A stretch of DNA of 64,000 bases from Balanoglossus misakiensis (Eukaryota > Animalia > Hemichordata): the NCBI GenBank assembly GCA_040954595.2, contig CM082576.2, positions 13,891,129 through 13,955,128 on the forward strand, written 5' to 3'. Positions 51,201-62,300 of the stretch are shown one piece after another. Within the stretch, counting starts at the first letter, position 1; every line of letters begins with the position of its first letter. Under the pieces are notes generated by a model. The model was not told the origin of the DNA, made no database searches, and saw only the letters and a list, made by a program, of their open reading frames with translations. Both the position numbers and the translations under genes were made by a program.

Positions 51201-54200
51201 TTATATGTCAGATTTTATCAAAAACAGAGAATATGTCAAATTAAATTAATTAGGTTACATATTTTTGATATCTTTTTTATGCAAGTATACCACAGTTTTA
51301 TTATACAGTTTTTAATTGCTGTCATTGTTTTTCAGTAATTGATGATCAAATTTAAATTTAAAACGATGGTATTTATTTGTGATTTTTTCTGTGTTCCTTT
51401 TCTTTTCTGCAGGTTTTAATCAGTAGATTTGAGATTTATTATTATTAATTAAATCAAGCTGGGATAGGCATAGGTTTTGAAGGTGTGTCGATATGTGAGG
51501 AATTCGCAAAAGCAGACAGCCTTGAGTAGTGGTCAGGTAGATTAGACACACTGCAACAGAGCTTAGGTGCCGTGTTACCTGAGCTGAGACATCTTGTCAA
51601 GATTTTATATGTCAGGAGTTCATCTAAAGGGTATGTGTAGTTGCTGTGAAACCGCATACGTGTTGTCTGGCTGCAGATTTGAGTCTCCGTCTGTTACGTA
51701 GCCAGTAGAGGGTGACGTAAAAGCCATCAGGAAAGGTCAACGCTGCATTCCGGGGGGAATCTCTTTTCCCATGGAGACTGCGCGGTGTCTTGTCCGAGGC
51801 TTGACAACCGGTCCTGCTATTAAGCGTTATTCACTGCACGCGCCCTTCGCCAGTGAACTGACCTTGGGTTCACGTTATTGCTTCGACTAAACAAGTCAGC
51901 GGAGGCCATTGACTGACTGACTATATCAGAGTGACCTCAGTTTACCGACGACGACGGCATCGATCAACATAGCCTGGCCTTGACAAGATCCGAATGTCAT
52001 CCTTCAAAGGAGCACAACCGTAGCATGTACTTGTAATGGCCTTCAGTGTGTGTTGACCCACTGAACTTGTGTTCGCATGATCGGAGAGAGATAAACACAG
52101 GCAGACTGACCAGAAATTCCTTTCTTGTTGACGTGTAATGAAAACGTGAATAAGCTGACCTGCCCCCATAGAACAATGTTTTCTCCGGAAGAACCAACCC
52201 TAAAATTCTTCCTCATATTTTTTGTAAGCTAAACCATCTGTGTGAATGCCCATGTGTTCTGTTTATATGCCGTTTCTTAATTACATGTACACGCACATTA
52301 TGTGGCTGATTTATTTAATTTTAAAAAAACAAAAACTTTGGAAATGTGTGTACAGTGTACAAGTAGAATTTCCTGTATTTTATAGTAAATAATCCCTGTG
52401 ATTTGACAGACATCTTACAATCACAGACATATCTGCATATAGGCATAACAGGATGTGTCCAGGTCATGATTTAAATTTTGCGAAATTGTGTTTTGCTGCT
52501 TTTTGTAGTTTTAAAACATTTCTATTTTTGCAATTTGTTTCATATAAACACCTGTATCAGAAATGGTCCCAAAATAAAAACACAACAAAATCGTGACTTC
52601 AATTAACAGTTTTGTTTACTCTTTTTCGTCATCATTTGAGTTTAATTTTTCAAATTATTTTGAAAGTTAAAGTTATATTAGGTATTTTGCTGTTCTGTCT
52701 GTTGGCAGAAATGGTGGTAAAGTGAATTATTAATGCGGTTTAGGAGAGAAATCTGCATGGCTGTTCAAAACCTTTCAGGATAACATTGTGAATTTTTTTA
52801 CATTAATTATTATTTATCTTAGCCAATCAGAAATGAGCACAATCTTGCTAGAGCAGTTGAAAACAAATTTTAAGGTCAAGGAAAAGAGCCATTGTTCCTT
52901 GGAATTTTTGGCCAAGGAACATCGTTTTGATGATTTGCTAACACTACATTGATGTAGATATGTTTTGTGATAGATGAGCAAGAACTAACAGCCATTAAAG
53001 GCACATAAAATTTGCTTATTAATAATATGTGTGTTTCGACAGGGTTGAGAAATATTATAGTTAGTCACGTACTGAGCTCAAATGGGTGTGTGTGTGTTGG
53101 AGGGGGGGGGGTGACAGGTGACTGGCTGTTTCCTCATCACTGACTACGCGTACCGGCAATCAGTGAAATTCCACTACAATTGCAAAACATCAAATGACAG
53201 GTTATTGCGATAAAGACAGAAGCAGATCAAGTACCCTCGTTGTAAGGTTTGAGAAGTGTAGGTTACTTGGAGCGAAAACAAAGATTGGGACTATTCTTTA
53301 TTTGAATAGGAGCATGGGAAGAAAAGCACATTTATTATTAATAATCAATGTCATTGTATTGTCTCCATTTCAATATGTTGCCAAACATAGCCAGGAAGAA
53401 ACTGACAAACACCCACTGCCTTGAAGAGTGTGTATCTTTCTTTATTAATATGTGTATGTCCCTGGAGGTACTCCTTCCATACCTTTCCAAGATATTTTTA
53501 ATCTGTCTTGAGCACCAGCTCTGAATCTTAAAATAAAAACCGGAATAAAAGAAAATAAAGTGCTGTAGGGAGAATAGAAAAAGCGGTGACTCAAAAAGTG
53601 AAAGAAAAAGAAATGTTACACATTGAACAGTAACTCAAATACTAGTTTCAATGTATAGCGTAATAAAAGATAAAAACGGTTTTGAAATATTCATGTTTTT
53701 GTTTGATTTTACTGAATTAATATTAGCAGTGGGTTTTCAAAAAGAATTTCAGAACAGATCCAACCAGCACAAATATGATTGGTTTAAAATATTCTATTTT
53801 ATTTAAAATTGTTGTACCTATTATCAGAAAGGTCAGCACGGGCATTCAATAGTATCATTTTGGTTTGTTCCAATATGAACAACACCAGACAAGAATAGTG
53901 TGACCCAGGTGGACATGCGTTATCTCGACAAGGTTCAATCTGATAATTTTTGTGTGACCTTCATGACGGTATCGCTCTTGTTCTAAAATAATTATACATA
54001 ATCACAGTGATGATATTGTTTTTTTCTTTCTTTCCAAGGCTGATTTATCGGTTTTGGCTTTAATTTCTGTATGCATAATTAATGATGATGTGAGAAAAGC
54101 AGATTAAGTGTATTGACCTGGCATAGTCATTGAGTGCACAACAAGTATAGTCGTGTGAAATCAAACAGCTAATTTTAGAAGACCGATGTACAAGTTGACC

Positions 54201-56282
54201 TCTACCAGGTCACGTCTGGCTGAAACATAGATTTCATGGATTGATTTGTTTGTGAAACTTAGAGGACTAAACAAGTCAACAACAGAATGTTTGGTTTTAC
54301 TCTTTATTTCTGACCGGTGTCTAGAAGAATTTCTAGCCGAAATAAAATTCCTGAAATGATCAACAGGGGCACGGCATGTAAATGTGTTTGCTTATTTTCA
54401 CTTGGAGTGTGAATCGGAAAACAGCAAGTTCAAGGTCAGGGTTGTCTGGGTCACCTGTCGTGTGGAAAGATGGATTGGGGTCGCGCAGAAGTGAGCGGCG
54501 TTTTGATAAATGACCAACATCCTGGTGAAATGTCACTGCGAGGTTACGCAGACCTTGGTTCGGTCATTCAGTAACTCGAGGAGTCTGTGATGTTAACATT
54601 TAACCGGCTGCGACTGAGAGCGATAGAAAGAAGGAAGGAGTAACTAGTATAGTACTACATGTAAGGTAATCTGGATGTTGTAAAAAATTGAACAATCAGT
54701 TTGGGGATCTCAAAGTTGTTTTGCTACGTGTAACAGAGGTGGAAATTGCTATGTGTGCTATACCATGATCACAACTGATTCAGGTATTTGGGCTTGCTCA
54801 CAATGATATTTACTATCTGCATTTTTTCTTGGAATATTGTATCATGTAATGCTTGGAATAAGATCACACAGAGAGTGACAGTGCATTCTTGTGAGGCCAA
54901 TATTAGCAGCTGATCAACTTGTTCCTCATTCTTGTAATTCCATCACTCAGAAGTTTATTGTTGTGTCTTCAATTGTTGCATAGATGCTTGCAGTAGTAAA
55001 GTCAATGGGGTTTTTTTGCTGCTATATTGTTGTCATAGTAACTGATGAACTTGTTTAGCAAAAACATTATAGTGATAGACGTTAAAACGTCAGTGCAGAA
55101 GATTATGAAAGTTAGACTTTGAATGAACCAAATCGAAGAGAGTTGTACAATCTCACAAAGTCACAGCCAAAGGTCTTGGGATAAGATTTCTCATACAACT
55201 TTGGGATATTTTGTCTCGCACTAGCTACTAGGTGAGCGTGAGTCAAAATACCTGCAAGGAGTGTGAGAAATCCTATCCCAGGTCCTTGGTGTGTGAGATT
55301 CTTTTTCTCACATGACCGTATCTGTGTTAAATTTTCACTGGAAACATTGAATTATTGACTTCATGACTGTCTTCTGGCAAGTTGTGGTTTCTACACATGT
55401 ACATGTACTACACACTGTGCTATTGGATAGCGTTTCGTGTGTGTTAATCAAAGAATATGTATTATCCAATCAGTAATGTAATTCTTTCGATTCAGCGAGA
55501 GTGTGGGATCGTTGTATCCCACACTGTCAATCTCACACTCTCAGCGACCTGAAATGTGAGAAAGTTGCGCATCCATACAATGTACACAGTTCATGTAGTT
55601 GGCAGTGTTTGATTTTCGTGACTGCTGGTTATATTGAATTCCATTTTTCTGAACAAACAGATGATTGTTGACTTGAGGACAATGAACTGTTTTCCCCTTG
55701 TAAGTTGTACATTATACATGTGTGTAGTCTCAGAGAGACTGTTGAGTCGCTTTATCATGTCAGTATCAAAGTACTGATAATCACGTCTGCTTCATAATGG
55801 TTGGGAAAAAAACTTTGTCGTCTTACGTCTAAGCTGTGCTTTTCAAATGAAACTGGCAGAAAATAAAATGAAAATCATTGAGACTTTGCTACCAGGTTGT
55901 ATCGATTATCGATTAAACTTTTTTTTTGGATTTTCTCCCCCCTAGTTACCAGCCTCCTGGAATGAGCCAGAATTCTGAAGCCCAATCATCATCTGAAGCC
56001 ATGCCTGTTAGTGATGCGACAGAAACGAGAAACTGCAGCCTTGTTCTAAAGACTGAAACAGACTGTGTGCCCGCCGCTGACGAGGCAGTCGCTGCCTGCA
56101 GCAGCAGCGGCAGTAGTAGTAGTAACAGTAACAGTACTAGTAACACTGCGAAAGGCAGTAAGACGAAGGAGGTTGCCGGCCGCAATTGTGCCGTCTGCGA
56201 TGATGTGGCGTCTGGATATCATTACGGAGTGTGGTCGTGCGAGGGATGCAAGGCGTTTTTTAAAAGGAGTATTCAAGGTACA

Positions 56283-56329
<47 letters not shown>

Positions 56330-59300
56330 CTCGCTGAGTATTCAAGGTACAGTATTTTTTTTTTTTTTTTTTTTTTTGCTCGCTCTCTCTCCGTCATCAA
56401 ATTAATTCATTGTTGGGTATTCCCCTAATTGCAGTTCCTGATAACAAATAAGGCATAGTGTTTGAACTTCCCCACTGCGTATCGCACTGTTGAATTCGAC
56501 TGTACCGCGGTAGGTGATGAAGTTAAGAGGAAATTAACGAGCGATAATGATAAAAGATGAGATCCTTTATTATTTTCTGTGACCTACTAAAAGAGTAGTT
56601 GTTATTTATGATTCATGTGCGGTACAGCAATTCACAAAAAGTGTCGGTGCGGCATGCAGAGAGAGTCTGGCTGCTACAGATAAACACGTGCGTCAGCAAA
56701 CTGTATCTTGGTAACAAAGCTAATGTATTGAAGATATTTGTGTCGGTAGCTGCAGTGTGTGTGTGTGACTTGTAGCGAAAGGCTCCTGGGTTCTGGAGAG
56801 AAATAGGCCAACAGAAAAAAAACTGACTTGAACTGGTTTTTGAAGGGAAAATGTATCATAACCTCTAGGGGTCAATGGGGGATTGGAAACGCTTTGTTTA
56901 GCGTACAGGGTCTGTAAGATTTACAATGAAGTTGCTGTATTATATTCAAGAGTTGCTTTCTGCCTGCCAATTAAGCTGCAACATGAATTTTCTGTCTCAT
57001 TGGAATAATGTGTAATGTACAAAATGCAGAATTGTCTAATACAAATGTATTTGCATTGAGTCGAAAATCATCTCACTAGTAATAGAATTCGTCTTGAAAA
57101 TAGAGGGTACATCAAGGTGGGGGCATCATGATGAGGGTGGGGCTTGGGTTGGGGATATAGATACAATGAGGGTAGGACTGGTGGCGATATAGATTCAATG
57201 AGGGTGGGGTTGGGTGGGGACATAGATACAATGGGGTGGGGCGTTGGTGGGGATATAGGTACGAGGGTAGGGTTTGGGTGGGGATATAGTCTATGCATGG
57301 TTAGGGTTTGGGTGGGGATATACCGGTAGATGATGAAGGTAGGGCAGGGGAGGAGCATATTTTCTGTATTTCTGAGGTAACCGTTGAATCTGTCAACCCC
57401 AAGAGCAATAAAGGCTTCCAAGTAATTAGGGGTTGCTTATTGATAGACTGTCATGACAACGATGACATCAATGGCCTTGTTATTTTTCCGCAGTTCTGAA
57501 CCACTGTGTCTAGGTATGATACTTACAGCTGTTACTTTTGGCTAACTGCTTAACGAGTAGATTTTTTACAAAAACAATAATAATATCAAACCTTAAAATA
57601 TTCAAAAGTATCATGCACGATTAAAAGATGTGGTGATGTTTTCTGTGTCTGTTTTCTTCCCCCTTTCCATTGACTTTTCACCCCCAATAATGTATATTTT
57701 CTTTTATTGAAGTAAACATTTCCAGAAATGACCTCTGAACTTAAATTGACCCCGTATTTCCATTTGCAGTAAATCTTTCCAACATGAATGGCATATTGTT
57801 GATGTAGATATTGAGGTACTAAATTCTTACCACGTATGGTTTCAAAAGTAGTGTTTTTAACATTAAACTGAATTTTTTGTTTTGCGTTTGAGGTCTTGGC
57901 CAAAGTCGGCATATGGCAAATATTTTCGTGACATGAAATTTTCGCGAAATGAAAAGAGGCAACTCTTACGCGAGGATTAATTTTCACGTTCTCGAATTTC
58001 ATTTACTGCAATGTTTTCTCCGTAAAAAAACATTTTACGCGATTTTTTATTTTCACGTTTCGCGTATTTCGCGAAAATTTATTGCTCGCGAGAATAACCC
58101 GTTTTACAGTATGCCAAACAAGAACTTCTTTAATGACGGTGGTTTATATGGTTGGTTGTCTGTGGTCATTGGTGATCTCACCCAGGAAGAGTTTAATGAC
58201 AGTAAATTTTTTTTACTGTAAAATCATTCCCAACGTAGAATATTCAGCAACGTGTATTTTTAGTGCTGAGACACCAGTGTGTTGATAGCTTTTGGTTAAT
58301 GTCATGAAAATTATGAGTTATTTATAGGATAACCTTCTATATACATGTCCAGTGATGCTGGTACGGTACATGCATGGTGTATTTGTATGTGGGGATTTGT
58401 CATTGTTTCTATGAACTCACCACTGTACTTTATCTGCTGATACCCCCTATGGGATTGTTTGAGATACAGTTCAGAAAATTAAACCATGGCAAATGGAGTT
58501 TCAGGCGATTTACGTGCAGGGTGATTGAGTTCTAAATAAATCAGTCAATCTGTACCAGACAACCAGAGAAAGTAGTTAATTTGCTATAAATATTATGCAG
58601 ACAGCTATATAGTTCGAGTCCAAGATTTGTGGGAATATCCATGTCTTCATAATGGGGGAAAATTACATGTTGTCCATCAAATCTTTTATTATCCCAGGAA
58701 CCATCATCATATCACTTGCCCTCCATAATAAAAAATTTCAGTATGAGACGAAATTGTGCGATTGGTGTGTAGATCACAGTCTCTCTTATGTTCATTGTAA
58801 TAGAAATTAAAACATAATTGTTTGCCAATTGAGTGTTGTACTTTAACCCCACGGTTATCGAAGAATTTTCAGCGAGTCTGTTTAATACTCAGAAATCAAG
58901 TCCCCCATGCATTTCTCACATACTTCAAAGCGTACATGTGCAGGTTCTTTGAACTATTGCATGTTATTGATATCAAATTAGTCATTTGCAGCAGGAATTA
59001 CATAATGAATATTGACGTGTTTCAGCTAGAGAACCATTCCCTGTCTTTCTCTGCACTGCTAATTCTGACATTTTGTGTTTTATGTTGTCTTGATCACCAC
59101 CACAGGTTCTGCAGAGTATGTATGCCCAGCTACTAATGAGTGCACCATCGACAAACACAGAAGGAAAAGCTGTCAGGCCTGTCGTCTTCGAAAATGTTAC
59201 ACAGTGGGAATGATGCGTGGTGGTAAGTTTCATCTTTCAAGTCCAAGAGACAATCATGGACACTGGTCATCAAAAGTCTCAGCTTCAGTGGCCATTGGTC

Positions 59301-62300
59301 ATCAGAAATAATGAAGTCCTAAAGATGCTATGGCCAGTCAGAATTAATTGAGGTGCAGTGGCCGGTGGTTTTTAGAACTACAATCTGACTGATTGCAGTG
59401 TATTATATGTGGGCAGTGACTACACGTACGCCCCCAAGGCTGTTGGTCACTTGTAGTGTAGCTCAAGATGTCTTGTGAAATAACAGGAAGTGGATGTCGT
59501 GTTTTAAAGGGGAAATCCGTCGTAGCTGATTTCTACATAATTTGGTAGCTTTGATGTCACTCTTTCAGAAAAAAACATATTCGCCATGTATAGGTCGCGC
59601 GATTTTTTACAAAATCTAGGGAAAGTTGGCAGAATTTCCAATATGGCGTTTACTGTAATTTGAATCATGGGAAAAAAAGCGCCAGGACCAACTTCCGCCC
59701 ACCTTAGTGTGGGTGATACCATTTTCCGATTGGTGTCACTGCCTCACAAGCTAAGCGTATTTGCATATTTTCCATGGGTTATAGCTCATGAAAACTGTCA
59801 ATAGATGACAAATTTTCGACTTTGCTGATGATTGTTTATCAACTGATGCAAAGAACAAACAATAGCTATGAAAATACGCCTAGTCTGTCGCCCAGTGACA
59901 CCTATCGGAGAATGGTATCACCCACACCATGGTGGGCGGAAGTTGGTCCTGGCGCTTTTTTTCCCATGATTCAAATTACAGTAAACGCCATATTGGAAAT
60001 TTCCCTAGATTTTGTAAAAAATCGCGCGACCTATACATGGCGAATATGTTTTTTTCTGAAAGAGTGACATCAAAGCTACCAAATTATGTAGAAATCAGCT
60101 ACGACGGATTTCCCCTTTAAAAAGAATATGTACCAATACTTAAAAACACTTCACAGTATCACTTATTAAAATGGGAAAGCTCAGAAGGGTTACGCCACAT
60201 TTAGAGCTCATGTACGCAATTTCTGAAATTAAAGGAGCAAATGGTGAAACAACTTTGTCTGTTTGCCTGTGAATGTATTGGAATTAGATTCACATGGTTT
60301 ATTACCTAAAAATATAGCAAATGTTGGTATTTTGTACAAAAGTGGGTGGATGTGCTTAATTTAGTGATATTTACTGTGAAATTTTGCTGTCTATCCCCTA
60401 GAGTGACCATTTCCACTGAAAGGGACTTTTTGATATTTACTAGTCAGTATAGCCTCTAATTTATATATCCTAATACCAGGTAAATTCAATTCTTCTTCTT
60501 AGGTGTCCGAAAAGACAGGAAACCGGGCGGTCGGAGCAAATACAAGAGGCCAGCGGACGATGGCAGCGCGGGTGAAAATGGGTGTCCCAGCAAACGAGTG
60601 CCTACCAACCCTATACTGATTGCTCTCATGGGTGCTGAGTGCGAGCCGGTCTTCTCCGATGACATCATCAACCAAAACGAACAGAACTACCTCATGAAGA
60701 CACTTATAAACTTAGCTGATAGGCAACTTCTGCACGTCATCAACTGGGCCAAGCAGATTCCAGGTAACCATGGCTTCGTGTCTACAGCTTTCCCTCTGAT
60801 TGGGGGGGGGGGGGGCGTCTCTGTCTGAAGTACCATTCACAACACTACAAAACTATTGGAATCTGGTCAATATTATTTTCAATCAATACATGGTACTGGA
60901 TAAGAGTGAGAGAAGAGTAAGGTCAAAAAAGTCTTTATCTTGGGTTTTGTCAGCACAATTTGTTTACGGATTTTTAAACAGTATCTCTGTCAGATTCCCC
61001 ACACAAGTAATTTTTCCTCAAACACCAAAGTCTGTTTTTATGAAAGTGAATTATGGGACTGCTTACTTAAAGGGGCATATGTCATGCAAACATTTCATTC
61101 TGCCAGCAAGCCTGCAGAAGCAATATGTTTATTGGATTATCTGCCTCAGGTGTGATAATCTGGCTTCAAGCATATACAGTTGAATGTTCAAGGGACCCTC
61201 TTCCAAACTTGCATGTTTTAATCCTTGAAAGTTGCTGACAAAATCGTGTTGACTTTCATCAGGATACACCACACTGGAGTTGGACGACCAAGTGAGACTG
61301 CTGGAAAACAGTTGGCTGGAGATCTTGCTCATCAGTCTGTGCTATAAATCCATGCAGTACAAAGGAGAGAAGCTTTGTTTTGCGCCTGGCTTGGTTGTGG
61401 ACAAGTAAGAATAGATCTCACATGGTTCTGTGTGTGTCTGTCTGCGTGGGTATGTGGGTGTGCATGTGCTCACACATGTGTGCATGTGAGTGCATGCATG
61501 CACGTGCGTGTGCATTTATGTGTGTGTGTGTGTGTATATGTTTTGAGAGAGGAAAATTAAGCTTGCTCCAAAAGCAGATGATGGCAAAAAAATGCAGCAA
61601 CCACTTTTGAAGTTGTAAAGTCAGTTGATCAACCAACCAACCAACCAACCAACCAATCCATCAATAAATCAACCAATCCAAAAGGGACTGTATACACATA
61701 CATGTACATGTATTGTGTTCTGTCACTGCCAAATGCTATATTTAATTTATATTGATAAGTGCAATGGACATTAAAGTCCCAGTATTTCTCGTGTGTATCC
61801 ATTTTTCATCATCGAAAAATGCCCGTTTTTCCCGTACATTCATCATGGAATACTACATAATGAAGACAGAAGAAAGGTTTGGGCAACTGTAGCTACGTGC
61901 AAGCTGTAAATATTGCCCGTAACACTTGAAATGATGCGCGGGTTTGTTTACAACGGACATGTTGCACATGTCGATCAGCAAACGTGCCACTTTGACATTT
62001 GATGGTCAGACCATTTTCGGATTTGATCTGGTTCCATCGACTGATTTCTCCCATAAAGTTATCTTCCCAAAATTTCGCCGAATTAGTGCGCATTTCTTCG
62101 CTGAGTCGCTTGATTTGGGGCGACCAAACCTCTTCCGCATAGATTCACATTGGAGTGCGCATGCGCACTAGTCACGTGTGTCAACAGGAGCCTGACTCAC
62201 GTGACTTTCTGTCCGGACAGAAAGTCATTCTTCACTCGTTATATTGTAAATTGTATGAGTTTATGAGCAGAGCTGGGGATGATGACTGTTCGATTCAGAA

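Noticed and set aside
19965-51715. CTCF-like motifs (19965, 36039, 38278, 51702) as insulators
   Set aside because: Each is only a partial match; cannot be distinguished from chance without ChIP or a PWM scan.
56278-56405. Poly-Phe / poly-Lys ORF extensions in the ORF track
   Set aside because: They are translations of intronic poly(T).
55946-59222. ERR (NR3B) or ketosteroid receptor (NR3C) identity for the nuclear receptor
   Set aside because: [18 protein letters not shown] and PATNEC are ER-type; ERR has CEACKA/RTIQG and NR3C has CGSCKV.
59504-60120. Matching ORFs on both strands as a duplicated gene or transposase
   Set aside because: An artefact of the inverted repeats; no transposase motifs.
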